A stretch of 56,173 nt of DNA, counting the filler, from Catajapyx aquilonaris (taxonomy: Eukaryota): assembly GCA_000934665.2 (NCBI GenBank). It is 3 parts of 3 records of this genome, joined end to end, with 100 filler letters (N's around TTAATTAATTAA, not from the genome) between each part and the next. Parts side by side here need not be neighbours in the genome. Positions count along the whole stretch, not along the records: positions 18,657 to 37,525 come from JYFJ02006661.1; 2 more parts are not named here. One strand, 5' to 3'. Of the stretch, positions 22,445-35,929 are shown piece by piece (positions within the stretch are counted from its first letter, which is position 1; every line of letters begins with the position of its first letter). A program made the translations under genes and the position numbers. Below the pieces are notes generated by a model. It was not told the origin of the DNA and made no database searches. It was given only the letters and a program-made list of their open reading frames with translations.

Positions 22445-24135
22445 AGGGACACTCCACTGGGCTCTAAATAGGGTAAACCATAGAGTTACGGGCCACCATA
22501 CAGTTACGGGCCACCATACAGTTACGGGCCACCATACAGTTATGGGCCACTAAGAGTAATCTTATTTATATTAAGGCGTGTAGTGTAAGTAGTGATCATT
22601 TTCGGCCATGGGTGGCTGCACTGCATTGTTGGACGAACGTTGGTTATATTTTTTCCCGTTGGACCGCCATCAAGGTCGCCAGAGCCTCACATCTCTGAGT
22701 CACCTCCAATATGGCCGCTTCCTTAAGTAGTTGGTAAGGAGCAGCACTGCAGCTAGTGACAAGTTACAAGGGTCTTCGTCACTCCAGGTTGCCGATGTCG
22801 ATTTGCATGGCTAGGGTAGACTCCATACTTTCATATTTTGTAGATAATGATGAGTCAGTGGAGATAGCATGAGTGGAAGGGGGTGGCCCATAACTGCGTG
22901 GATCAAAACCATCACTTTACAGTAATGGGCATACCCTACCCAAAACTGCATTTCGAGGTCAATTTCAATAAAAATTGCTTTTCGAACTTCCTCCCCCTCT
23001 CCATTCATCTTTGGTCATCAGTAAGCAACCCCCCTGACCCTAGAAGAGGATGAACTAATGTGTGTTTTCAGTTACGGTATCTGTATATTAGCCTACACTT
23101 AGCCTGCATAATTTTATCCAATAGTGCCCCTAGACCCTACCCAACATGATGGAATAAGAGGAAACAGGGAGGTGGACACCTCCAGAAGTGGGCAGGTAGG
23201 TGAATATGTGACAATCATGAAGGAATTTCAGGTGAGAAAGTCATCTGTTCTTGACGAAATTCTTTGCTTGGCAGGCAGGTTCGGTGATTCCGGAGTAAAT
23301 GCGTCTTTCACGCAAATGACGACAGAGGCTAGGCGGGTGGTCATAAAAACTTGAAAAACTGCTGAGGCAGTAGGAAACAATGCTGGGCAACACCCTGCAC
23401 CACGAAAGTGTGGCAAACAACAATAGAGTCCCTACAATTAGGTGGCCCATAACTATCCCAAAGACGGCCCATAACTGTGAAGAGTGGCCCATAACTGTAC
23501 TTTTGTGACTTTTTTGGAACTTTTCATTACCAAAGATGACAGTAAGGGAGAATTTCAAAATTGCAGTTGCTCCTTAAAAGAGAACATTCTGACGATTCAG
23601 AAAAAAAAATATAATCAAACTGCAGATGTAATTACTGTGGGTCATGTGACGATGTGAACTTGGAAAATTTCTTAAGTGGCCCATAACTGTATGGTTTACC
23701 CTATCAGGCAAAAATTCCCGATTCTCAGCGTATAAGCAGTTTTCCTGAGAGACGAACGGTAAGGCCACGGCGAGCCGTCAAAGTTCGGCAATTCGAATCT
23801 GGCGCAAAAGAGCAGCGCCTCTCCCGGGTCTGGGCAGAAATTGGGATAATCCTCAGCCATCTTTGGTCTGTGCCACAGTCTTATTCCGGCCACCTCCCAA
23901 CCAGACCGGACTTTAAGGCCCAAACCAGTTTCGCCTAGTATCCAGTGGCGGCGCGGACTAGTGGGATGGGCTAGACTGGCGGGGCAGCTCATTAACAGAC
24001 GACGTAAATTCTGAGACTTTGACGGCTCGCCTTGGCCTTACCGTTCGTCTCTCAGAAAAACTGCTTATACCCTCGGAATCAGGATTTCTTGCCCGATTTT
24101 TAGAACACAACTTGTTTTTTGAGTGGAGTGTCCCT
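22445..24135. mobile_element. Kolobok-like non-autonomous element (TTAA target)
   Basis: TTAA|AGGGACACTCCACT ... AGTGGAGTGTCCCT|TTAA; inner arms 23704-23790 and 24010-24100 are inverted. Confidence 0.8.
22471..23701. mobile_element. TA-target TIR element (pogo/Tc1-like) nested in the Kolobok-like element, with 18-nt subterminal repeats
   Basis: TA|GGGTAAACCATA ... TATGGTTTACCC|TA; (CCATACAGTTACGGGCCA)x4 at 22478-22550; GGCCCATAACT copies near the other end. Confidence 0.85.
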
Positions 24136-25947
24136 TTAAATGATTTCTAAACACAAGATAATAACATGAATAATAATTGCAATGTTATAATTATTCCATG
24201 GAATTGAACAAAAACACATTCGAGTATGTTGTGGTGCCCTTATAGTGTATGTATGTTAGTAACCAGTTTGTTTGTCTCTGCGACTATTGGTTCCAAAACT
24301 ACAGGGTGTCAAATGTGCCAATTTTCGGATATTTTTGCTACGTTCGCTGTCACTTAAACGACTATATCTCCTAGAGACCCAGATGGTCAGATCAAATCTC
24401 ACATATGATAGGTGCATTTGGAAGGGAATTGTATGCTCCAGGAGATGGTCATATACTCAAAATTGAAAAATCCAAATACTTTAAATCAAATATGGCGCCC
24501 AAAACATTGATTTTGATATTTATTGGTCATTAATCGACCCCTACGATTTCTTTTGAATGGCACTTAAAATGACAAGGGCAATGTTTACTTCCCATTTACG
24601 AAAAATCTGGAGAACCCTTTTTCGATATTGGCCAACAATAATAACTTTTTTGGTTTCAAACGCGTCCCGCAAGTGTAGTCACCTCATTTGGAGGACCATA
24701 ACTTTGATCATAACTAGGAGACGGTCAGGTCAAATCTTATATTAATTTGATACTAGAAAAACCCTCGCTACGCTCGCTTTCTCTAGGCCCGCGGCCCGCA
24801 GTGCCCACCATATTTTTAATCGCTTCGGACTTATAGCCAGTGACGATGCCCATCCCCTATCATATGCATNNNNNNNCCCCCCCCCCCCATTCCTCCGTGC
24901 ATTCACATATCTGTGATGCGACCCTTATGAAATCCCACCTTTCCATTGGCTGGGAAATATGCATTCGCCCATCTCAACACACCAATACCTTCTGAATTTT
25001 TTAAAACCCCAATTATTGTATGAACAGAAATTCACCACCTAGCTCTACCGCCTCTACTCGCACTTTCCGATCAAGCTTTTCTAACTGCTCATAACTCCGC
25101 TTATTATGAACATCCATGTAACTCGGCAGTGTTTGCATTAGATGATCAAAAACTGGTTTCATTCTTCCCGACCACGGCCTATTACTCATGTCGCGCAACT
25201 CCCTCCCCCTATGCGTGAGCTTATCTGCGCATGGACTTGGTGCTTCCGTCCCTCCCCAGAGCACTACTTCGGGCCTTGTTCGGGTGGTTGGCTCTGTAAA
25301 TTACTCTACTCACCCAGCTGAATTGGAAAGGATGGTTTAGGTTGGTTCAGAAAAGCGTCCGCCCGAACGTGACCCTAAAAGTACTTGTAGTGCTCTGTGG
25401 AGCGAGCGACGCACAGTGCTCCAGAATATCAGAAAGTCCGGACATAATATATTATTAGAAAATGCATGAATATGTGGTGTATCACCATGAAAATCGGACC
25501 GATGGGGTTTCTGAAGTCGCTGAGTCCGAATTCGATGCCAAAAATACACATTTCAAAATGGAGGATCCAAGATGGCGACGATTTTTAACAACATTGTCGG
25601 AAGTTCGTGAAAATTGATACCCGGGGGTTTCAGCAGGTTCTGAATACGAATCTGCTATAAAAAATTCCATTCAAAGTGGGGGATTCAAGTTGGAGTAACT
25701 CTCCTGTTTACACTGAATTCAGAGAAAATAAGTAACTGTGCAGTCTTTGCGTAGGACTGAATTTAGCCTATTGTTGGTTTCATTTTCAAGCATAAATCTT
25801 ACACATTGTACAGTATGTATATACAGTATGTGACATTCAACAATAACAATGGCAATAACAATATCTTGCGAAGAACAGGCTTCCTGCTAGTGGTAAAAGG
25901 TTATTGAAAAAAACCAGTAAAAAGAAAGCGATGATATCTTCATCATG

Positions 25948-25949
<2 letters not shown>

Positions 25950-25985
<36 letters not shown>
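25950..25985. repeat. (CAT)n microsatellite
   Basis: Direct reading. Confidence 0.9.
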
Positions 25986-26693
25986 TTCGTCATTTAATTA
26001 TAAACTTTATAGCACATAGCATTTACATATTGGAACACTAATTTGATGGACCAGCCCCACAATCTGCGAATACCTTCTACTGTCTCCTACAAAAGAACAA
26101 AATTGCTCACTTTGAGGCCATAGGATCCGTTTCGCGCATGCGCACTTGACTAAACTTGTTACCAAATAATTTGTGTAATCGTACCGAAAAAAATGAGTAA
26201 TTAATTATAATTACTCTGGGCCCGCATATGGACCCTTTCTCGTCATAGCTCCCATGAAGATGCATTCATGAAGGTGGGCGCACCGTGCACGCGTCGTCTT
26301 CATGCCCCCTAGAAGAAACAGCTGGTAGTCGCTGGTACCGGACTTGACTTGCCCCTCTTTGGGATACTCTCCTGCACATTTTGTGCCTAAATTGGTACTG
26401 TTCTGGGGTGTTCTCCTCTTCGTAGCTCTCAATTCATTTTAAAAATGACGGTGGCCTTGGTTTAAGTACTAAATGTAAAAGTAATGAAAGTGATTTGATG
26501 CCCATTGTGCACTACTTGATATGCGACTTCATATGGTATGACAGCATCTGATATTTATTCATCACATAATTGATGATGAACGTTTCAATTCTGGCGGAAA
26601 ATGACTATTTAATTGAAGCAAAATTTCCATTGACTTTAGGAGGCTGCACACACCTCTATGAATACATATGGGTCAAATTATGTACTATACAGC

Positions 26694-29600
26694 TGTCACA
26701 GTGTGACATGTGGCAACCGCGCGGTTTCCCCCACGCCTGCACTTGGCCATGCTTCCAGGCCGCCTTTGTGTGGTGGAGGAGGCTGGCGGGTATGCGGTGG
26801 TGTTTGACGGGGCTTTTGTGCACGTCGTTGACGTGGCGCGCTCGACGGAGTAGTCGTCGGAGGGGCGAGCCAAGGGNGCGGAGGTTGCGTCGAAGATTTT
26901 TTTCGGCGGGAGAGAGGTGCCTCTGGTAGCCCAGTGTTGGGCGTGATGCGGGGCGGTGGCTTTCGGTGGGCTTTGTGTCCGTCATTGGCGTGGCTTGCTT
27001 GACGACTGCGTCGTTGGAGGGGCGAGCCATGGGCGAAATTTTCGCGGAGTTTTAATGTCGCAGATTTTTCTGCGGGGCATTGTGGCTGCTGATGGCTCGA
27101 GCATGAGCGTGATGCAGGGCGATTTTGGATCGTAGTTTGGTGTTGGTGCGCCGGTTGGGTTTTTTTGGCCATGCGGTGACCAACATGGAGGACACGCTTG
27201 GCGTGCTGCTTGGGGGGTCGGTAGGGTGGTGCCCTGGAATTTCACGGTTCGGCCATTTGGTTTCTGGTAAGCCTCTGGGCGTTGCTGGAATTTCCCTAGA
27301 AGCTCTTTGTGAGTTGGGAATGGCAGCGGGGGGTGAGAAGCCGGGGAGGCCGGATGGAGGTGAGGGGCGCCTGCTTGGCGACCTGGGGGAGTTCATGGTC
27401 ACGCAGGCGATGTTGCCTGGTGGTTGGCTTGGACGGTTTCTTGGGGGTTAAACCCAAGGTCGTGGCCCGCTAGTTTTGGCGGGGGGAGAAGGGGACAGGT
27501 TTGACCTTGTCCTGACTGGAATCTCTCATGCGCCGTTGGCAAATGCTGGGCGATGGGAGGAAGGGGCAGCGTTGCGCTGCAGACATGGAGGATGGCCATG
27601 CAGGCCATGGATGCCAGGTTGAAAAATCTGGTTGCATCGACTGGCAAGTCGAGTTCACTGCTTGGGCGGTGGTGCCAAGTCCGTCATTGACGGAGGGGGA
27701 AGGCATTGTAGCGTCGCAAGGCGCGGCCCTGGGTGCGGCTCAGGGTGGCACGGTGGGGGTGTCAGACCGCTTGGGCGGTGGGTATTGGCACTCCTGGGTC
27801 TCGTTTACGAGAAGGGAGCATTTTGCTGGAGCGGATTTTCTTCCAATGCGGATGCTCGGGTTAAGGCTGGTTCACACTAGCTGACGGTAGCATACGAAAC
27901 GAACGGAACGGTATGACGGGACTAGCGGAAAGAGGGGAAAGGTGTTCAGACACAAAAGCGAGTGGCGTGGCTTTAGCCTCTGTATCCCGCAGCGCATGCG
28001 CTGTGCTTGAATTCTCGGGGAGGAAGCCGGATCTCCCTCGGGCTCTCCCTCTCTTCGGACCGGTATCATCCCCTTCTCTTCTCCCATCTCCCGAGGCCCG
28101 CTCCCCCTGGGTCTCGACTCCCGACTGATGTCCTTCGTCCTGTCCTCGCCAGAGGCGCTGCCGGCTTTCCCTTTCACTTTCGCTCGCCACACCCCTACCG
28201 CTTTCCTGGCTCTTCCATTGGTGGATAGGTCCGTAAGCCTACGTATTCCGTATTCCGTGTCCGTCAAAAGTTGATTTCTCCCAACTTTTCCGTTTCGTAA
28301 TCCCTTTCACTTTTCGTCATCCTCAAGTGGGCTCTGATTGGTCCACTCTTTCGGATCGTTCTTTTCGTATGCTCCCGTCAGCTAGTGTGAACCCCCCTTT
28401 AGGCTCGATGCCGATGACAGCCCGGTGGGAGGCGCCTCGGCTGTAGCGCCGTCTGAGGAGGTCCCTTGGGGGACAGGCCTCGATGACGGTGTGTCGGGGA
28501 GGACGACCAGAGAGTGGTCACATTACGGCCAGAGGCTAGTGCCTTGGCTTGTCGGAGGTCATTTCCTCTGGACAACGCGGCAATCGGCCGGCTTCGTGGA
28601 CATCAAGTAGGTGTTTGGGGCTCTGGTGCAGGACCGGGTTTTTGGGGCGTGAGTGCCAGGTGCGCACGTCTCATGTTGATGACCTCGGGAAATGGGGTCG
28701 CGGGCCAGCGCTGGAGTTTCCGGCATTTCATACGTCGTAGTCAAGTTGGCTAGGAGGCGTTTACGTACTGCCTAGTGAGGGCATGGGCGTGTCGCCTGGC
28801 AACAGCCTTTAAGCTGTTGGGTCCGCGCGTGTTGCGCGACGATGCCTTGAAGACATGTAACGGTACCCGGCATTGCGGGTGCATTGGAGACTGGCCCATT
28901 TGTAGGGTGGATGGGAGTCGCTTTACGCGGTGTTTGACCGCGGGGTTGCCACATGTCACACTGTGACAGTGCCGGCGACATGGTTCTCAGGAGGAATCAC
29001 AAGCTTAGCAATGCGGCTGAGGGTTACGCTCAAGGGCTTGCTAAACAATACACCGGCCCCTTACCGGGTGGAAAAGGTGGTGAGTGACGTCGGGGTGGTG
29101 AGTGACGTCACTTACATGCTGTTAGATCCCCAGAGGAATCGGCAGCTCGGACCAGCTCACATTTCGGACTTGACGCGGTATATTCCCCCACGGGGGCAAC
29201 GACCGTTGCGTAGCACGTGACATGCCTTATCTGATGGGAGGCGTCGTGCTGCGAGGGGCAGGTGCGGCGTGTTTGTGTTCGACACCTGGGAGTCGCCAAT
29301 CTTAGCGACGCGGGGTTATTTGAGGGGCATCTTGCCTCTTCAGTGCCATTTTTTATCATTTTTATTTTTATTTTTGAGAACGTCAAGTGCTTTCTTGTGG
29401 TGATTTGGGAACCTTTGAACCCGAGGCGTGAGTGTTGCTTTTGTGGCGGCTACTAATCCTTTTCCTCCCCCTTACCCCCTTTTCCCCGGAGTGTTCTGTT
29501 GGACTGGTGGTCTGTTTCCGGTCTGGCTGAAAGACGGTTCCTGACAAGTGTGGAGGACGAGGTCGTATGAACGCCGCTGTGGAGCCTGCGTACGTCAGGC

Positions 29601-30235
29601 TATGGTGGTGCCAGACTACGCGGTCGTATGGACTCCGCTGTGGGGCCTGGGTGTGTCAGGCGGTTGCGGTGAGTACGTCTGCGGGGCCTGGCGGTACCGG
29701 AAGAGGCGTCAGCTGTTGAAGACGTGGCGGGGCGTGGCACCATTGGAGGGGACACGTGGGTGTCCGTACCAGAAACCGACATGCAGCTTGTAAAAGGAAG
29801 TCATGCAGCCTATCTATGGGATCCAGGGACCTGCCCGTCGCGTCGTAGTGACCGGAATTCGGACAGTTGATGTTTTTTTTCTTCTTCTCCTTCTCTCCCA
29901 TTCCCCACCCCTCCGCTGCTGTTTGTATGTTGAAGCTGAGATGTCGCTCATGGCCACTGTCGCTTGTTGCTGTTGTTACTTTCATTGTATTGTTTTGAGG
30001 GGGGGGGCACTGTCACAGTGTGACATGTGGCAACCCCGCGGTTGCCCCCACGCCTGCACGGGCTGGGGGAAAGAGGAATAAAGAGGGATTCTGAGCTGGG
30101 ACTTGGTGCTGTTCACTTGTGGGCTGGGGGGGGGGGGGNGCTCTCCCCCTTGTATTGCAGGTTACCGGTAAGTGGCAGTTCAGGGAGCTGGTAGCTCGAC
30201 GTCGGAGACGACGTGCACGTCATTGGGACGTGATA
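26694..30235 (+). mobile_element. Rearranged, non-autonomous Gypsy LTR retrotransposon
   Basis: 4-bp TSD CAGC; TGTCAC start; G-rich PPT before the 3' LTR (30011-30235); integrase C-terminal GPY/F-like remnant (PYRVEKVVSDV..TYML..GPAHISDLTRY) at about 29040-29190. Confidence 0.8.
27864..28398. mobile_element. PIF/Harbinger MITE nested in the Gypsy remnant
   Basis: TTA|AGGCTGGTTCACACTAGCTGACGG ... CCGTCAGCTAGTGTGAACCCCCCT|TTA. Confidence 0.85.
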
Positions 30236-32565
30236 CAGCATGAAGACATTATCTAAGAGTATATTGGACCAAATAATGGCATTGCATTACAAAGTTTAAA
30301 AATCTATTTATGCCCGGACTTTCTACGATTCTGGAGCATTGTGCGACGCCAGCGCCAAATACAACATTCTACCGTGGGGGAGCGCAACTAAGCTCACGGC
30401 CTTCCACGTAGGGCTAGATAGGGAGTTGCGGGGAGTTGTTCCAGACACTTTCTTTTGACGTTCTCGACCTATCCTCGGGTTCAGTGTTGAATATCGCAGC
30501 CTGCTTACCAACTCAGGCAACTCTCCCCCCCCAGGGGTACCAGTAAGGACCTTGTTTTAAAAACTGAAATTATTTTACTTTGTTTATAAACGTCCATGGA
30601 GTCCCGACCGCAGCCTATGTTCGGTTTGTTTACGACGTTCCATTCCCCCCTCCTCTCCCCCTCCCCTGTTGTGAGGTCACCGTGACGACGTGGGTGGAGG
30701 AGGGTGGAAGGGTAGAGGGGTGTTCACGAGAGAGGAGATGTGTCCTCGTTGACGTCCAGCAAGCGACTGAGGCGTTCTTCCACCCATTGCGCATGCTCGG
30801 AAAGGGGGCCAAGAAAGGGGGATGTCACGGTAGCAATACGTCGCAGTAACAATGGGCGGGGGCCAATAGGAAGCGGTGGCGGCAACAACAATAATTATGT
30901 GGCCGGGCCAATAGGAGGGCTCGGTCGTGCAACGAAGCATTTTAATATTATAGATGCGTATTCGGAAGGTATTTTCATGATTCAGGAGATGGTCATACTA
31001 AAAATTGAAAAAATCCAAAAAATTTAAATCAAAGATGGCAACCAATGTTTGATTTTGATATTGATCAATTATCGACCCCTACGATTTCTTTTGAATGACA
31101 CTTAAAATGATCAGGGTAATGTTTACTTGAGATTTCCGCAAAATCTGGTGTACCTTTTTTGATATTTGCCAAATATAAAACTATTTTAGTTGCAAGACGC
31201 GTGCCGTAAGAGTAGTCACCTCAATTATGAATAAAATTACTCCAAATATGTTGCGATAAATATTCATGCTACACATAGTGAGAATACCGCATTCTAGCGC
31301 TCTACATTGGTAGTAATAAATAGCAATTTTAGTAACATACTAACAAGATAAGTCGCATAAAGTTAACAGAAGCTCCCATTTTTAAGCCGGTATTAACTTT
31401 GTGCGGATTATCTTTTTACTAGGCAATAGCGAAATCGGTATTTATTATATTCCATGTAGTGCTAGAATCAGGCATTCTCACACATGATGTGCAACATGAA
31501 TATTTAACGCAACAAATTTGGACTAATTTTATTGCTAATTGAGGTGAAAATATTTTTTTACGGTACGCGTCTTTCAACTAAAGTGATTTTATATTTGGCA
31601 AATATCAAAAAAGGGTTCTCCAGATTTTGCGAAAAACTCAAGTATACATTACCCAGATCATTTTAAGTGCCATTCAAAAGATATTAAAAACCTAGATAAG
31701 CAGTCTCCGATGAAGAAGCCAGATGAGGGAGAGGGGACCTCACCTTGGGGCATGTGCTTCGGGTTCCATCAAACCAGGATGAAAGAAAGAGTCTGGGACG
31801 ACCTGGCCAAATCTTTTTGAAACCGATAGTACCTGGCCAAACAGTGCCAACCTGAGTAAGGCACCGGCTCCCGGAAAAGGATGGGTTGCAACTTCGCCTG
31901 TGGGTCACAAACGATAGGATCATTACGACTGATATCGTGTTTGAGCAGCCCCCTGTCTGGCAGGACTGGTGGCAGCCATCTTGTATCCAATAATGGACTC
32001 TTAATAATAATAAATAATCGAGCGTACCGAGCAGGAAAGATCACGGTGGTTCATGCAAGCCTGTTCTTGTGTTCTCAGCCAGCGTTTTGACCTAAATTGG
32101 TAGCAAATATCTGATGCTGCGGGTCAGTTTCCGTCCTTCGGAGCCGACATAGATCCAAAATGGTGGCATGAATCAGGGAGACAGACCTATGCCCATCGCG
32201 TCAGAATTCGAACATGGCCGAACAGAGATCTAGCTGAATTATGCTTTTCTCTGTATTCTCTTCTTGCGTGGTTCTTCAGATTTTCTTTATTAATTAACAA
32301 TATGATAATCGTTCTAGATTTATGGACTACACTTAAGACCCAGAAGATTAGTGGAAAGTTCCAATATGACAATAGCTTATACACATAATAGTTTCACATC
32401 TCTCCACTGGAGGCGACACTATCCACCCCATGTATTCGAATGGGGACTGACGTCATAATTTCGCAATAAGTATCGAAACCAGCGCAGCGCTACGAAATAG
32501 CATTTGGGCTTTGGGCTGGGTCAACAATGTATCCAACTGTGACCCAAGTTGCAACCCATCCTTTG

Positions 32566-32662
32566 TCTGGCCGAAGAAGAGCCTAGTTAGTTTGTTATTC
32601 ATTGTTGACAGAATTGTTGACAACAATGAATAACAAACTAACCTGGCTCTTCTTCGGCCAGA
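32566..32662. repeat. 97-nt hairpin (about 41-bp arms)
   Basis: TCTGGCCGAAGAAGAGCC.AGTTAGTTTGTTATTCATTGTTG and its reverse complement. Confidence 0.9.
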
Positions 32663-35600
32663 AAAATTCCAGGAGCCTATGCAACCCCGCCCAGCCTAAG
32701 TGAATATTTTCATACCTGATTTCATAATAGGTGGGTAAATGGGTGGTGGGTGCTTCCAAGAACCATCAGGATTTTTCATATGTCCACGGTCTGACGAAAA
32801 GTTGTCAAAAAAAATTGGTGCTGGGATCACACGAAAGTACCTGTAATGGAAAAGTTACTAATTACAGGAGAAATGCCTATAAAGGCTATCATTCTGTTGT
32901 ATTGCCCAACAATAGCGAAACAACGCACTATTACCTCCAGGTTGCACTTTGCATATTTCTCACCCTGTGACTCCTGCAGGCTCCAGAAAAGACAGGTGCT
33001 GAGAGAAACTTGCACTGCAGCATTGGTTACGATCTGTCTATTTCTGCCTTGAGAGAAGGCATGCACATGGAATGCAGCAATTATCATCGCAGTGTTAGTC
33101 ACCTCCATCAAATCCGCTTGCATGTATCATTCCTCAAGGCAGGAATAGTGTAGTATAGGCCTACAGAACCAATGCGCTGCAGTGAAATTGAACGGTTCCA
33201 TTGCAAAACATTGAGATTCCAAAAATGTGGGAAATGAGCGGGTCACTTTAGGTGCGTTTTTCATCCCTAGGGGTGGGCTACCAATGTACCACATTTCACG
33301 AAAATCCGTGAGTGGCACTTGGAAAGTTTCCCTTGTGAGTTCGAGAGGTCATAACGTTTGACCTTGTGTCGTTCCGCAGAAAATGCTTGCAACAACAACA
33401 CCACCATCACGACATTTCCCTATAAGGGGTAGTCAGCGATGACGGGAGCCACAAGCTAACCCGAAATATGAACCAAATTAAAACTCGTAAAAATCAACCT
33501 ATTAACCACCCATCCGGCTCCCCACCCCTGCCCATCTCAGACGACAAACTCTCAATATTAAATATTAAATTTAAATATTACACGACTATGCAACGCGGTA
33601 CTTAAGAACCCCCCCCCCCTCCCGGAAGAGGAATCAGCAACTGTTAAATTCCTCCAAATGACTAGAATATTCTCCTCCAAACGACCAGAACACCCACAAG
33701 CCAGCGCACAGTGATCTAGATTCGGAAAACCCTGGTCACAATATAGTTATCATCCTAGAAGGATAAAAATAAGTGTTTAGGGGTTTTCCTAGTCGGCGAG
33801 TACGAATTTGAAGTCAAAATTGTCAAATTATTGACAGATGTTCACGTACAGGGATTGGACAAAATAATAGGGGGCAAATAGGGGTTGAATCTTTGCGTCT
33901 ATTTTCTTGGGAAAATGTAAAGGTTACAAAGATACCTTATGCTCAAGCTCAGTCGATGTAAATTTGTGTAGGTATGTTGATAACGCAAAAATCACGAGAG
34001 GGGGAGAAAAACAAAAGACGAACGATACACCCCAGACCCCATTTTTGACTAGAGCGTCCCACCCCTTTTCATTTGAAAACGAAAACAGTTACAGATTTGA
34101 ACTTGACTTGGTTTTAAAGGTCCATCGATGTCTCCTATTTTGGTATACAGATGGACAAATAATCGTATGCGGGGGCGGAGAAAAAGTTAAGCAACACCCA
34201 CCTCCCCGGCACTGCAGAATGGGAAGAATATTAATTAGAAAACCAAAACAGTTGCAGAAATTATCTGACCTCTGCGTTTCAATATAATTATAATCAAGGT
34301 ACAAATTTGCCGGCCACAAGATATACATAATTATATGCGTACGACGTATAAATCATTATACATATAATTGTATGTAAATGTGTGTGTCTCATAGATAAAA
34401 TAATTAAGGATAATTCAAGGATAAAGTATAGGAAATTATTATAACGACAGCCCAGAAAATAAGCTATAGTAGATTATTATTTCCACAAGACTTGCCTTTC
34501 ACTCGCACGCACACCAAAATATATCCCCTCCTCCGCCGAGGAAACATAGGAAGTAATGTACGATATCAACAGGTATCAATGTGTCACTAATCTGGTCAGT
34601 TTGGCCACACTTCGAATTTCTCCCCCCTTCCCGTCACTGGACTCCAGCCCGTGCACTATTTGTTTCAGGCATTAGCTCGAGCGCGAGGGTGGAAATACCG
34701 CCACGGCGAAAATTACGAATTACGATAAAATTAGCGAATTTTAGCAGCTGGACTTTGTTGACCCTTCACCTACACACTATTTCGCACATTACGCACCAAA
34801 AATGAAAATGTCCTTTTTTGAGTGTCCATTTTTTTGTATGACTCGATTTAATTTTTGAAATGACACATTTGAACTGCTATACCAAAATTCGATTTAATCA
34901 TTAAGTTTATAATTTACAAAAATGAAATATGAACAATTTTGCAAGTAAATGTATACTCTACAACACAGTGTAACCAAAATTACCGTTGACATATGTTTCA
35001 GAACATTTAGCAAATGGTTAAAATAGGCCTGCCGTGCATGTCTATTCAGAACAACGATTACCCCCAAATTTAAATGCCTCCGCGCTGCCGAATAACTTTT
35101 TTTTCAGGAACAAACTATAGGCCAGAGTATAGCTCCATTATCATTGATTATGCAGGCATGAATGGGAATATCATACTACAAATTAAAAAATTCTGATTTT
35201 GACCAGGGTTTTCCGAATCTAGATCACTGTGCAGCGCATCGAGAAGAACCAGCATATGGAAATCCGCACTCGAACTCCAAGTGCTGTGCAGGACAGAAGG
35301 GCAATTCCACGTGAACGTGATCACCTTTTGCACGAAAATATTTGCCCGTCGATGAGTGTGAGATATGTTTAGGTCCAGGTCACGTTAGGGCCTTTCCCAT
35401 AAGGATTTGGTCCGCTGTTGCGTGGTTGCCTATCTACAGGTGCTAATTGCACTTGGATCATAGTTAGAGGCGCCCCCCTATTACATTTACATGACAGCGT
35501 AAATGCATGATGTAATACATGTTTCATGTGTGAAATTGTCTCCTCTTTCCGACAAAAATAGTCACTTTCCGACAGCTGTGCAAATTCATGTCAAAAAGCG

Positions 35601-35929
35601 ACATTTTTGCAAACAAATGACATTTTTGAAAAAGGGCCGAAGTCAAATGTCATCACATTTATATCAAAATACACCTCACAGTGTCCTCTATCAGTGATAC
35701 AAACGAAATTTTGGAATACGAAATGGCTACGGAGCTGTAGGTACTGACGTGGAGCGCTGCGCTAGTGGCCACGCCCACAGAATGAAAAGGAGCGGCCCAC
35801 TAGGTCCGTCTTCATGTCTCAGGTAGTGTACGCTTGTCTTTTGTGTTTAATTCACTTAATAATATAGTTAATGTAGTTATAGTTTTAGTATATCTCGAAA
35901 TATAGTTCAAATAAATTTGGTCCGCTACT

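Larger units (their letters stand above)
24753..30954 (-). mobile_element. Non-autonomous Helitron carrying nested insertions
   Basis: Minus strand reads a|TCTATAATATTAAAATG ... GCGAGCGTAGCGAGGGTTTTTCTAG|t with no TSD; removing it restores the host repeat TTTGATA|TGCGTATTCGGAAGG seen intact (inverted) near 36800-36820. Confidence 0.85.

Noticed and set aside
22478..22550. CRISPR-like short direct repeats
   Set aside because: Contiguous 18-mers with no spacers, inside a TIR element in a eukaryotic genome
26570..29985. Many overlapping 60-160 aa ORFs
   Set aside because: By-product of a GC-rich decayed retroelement; no intact RT, RNase H or integrase core
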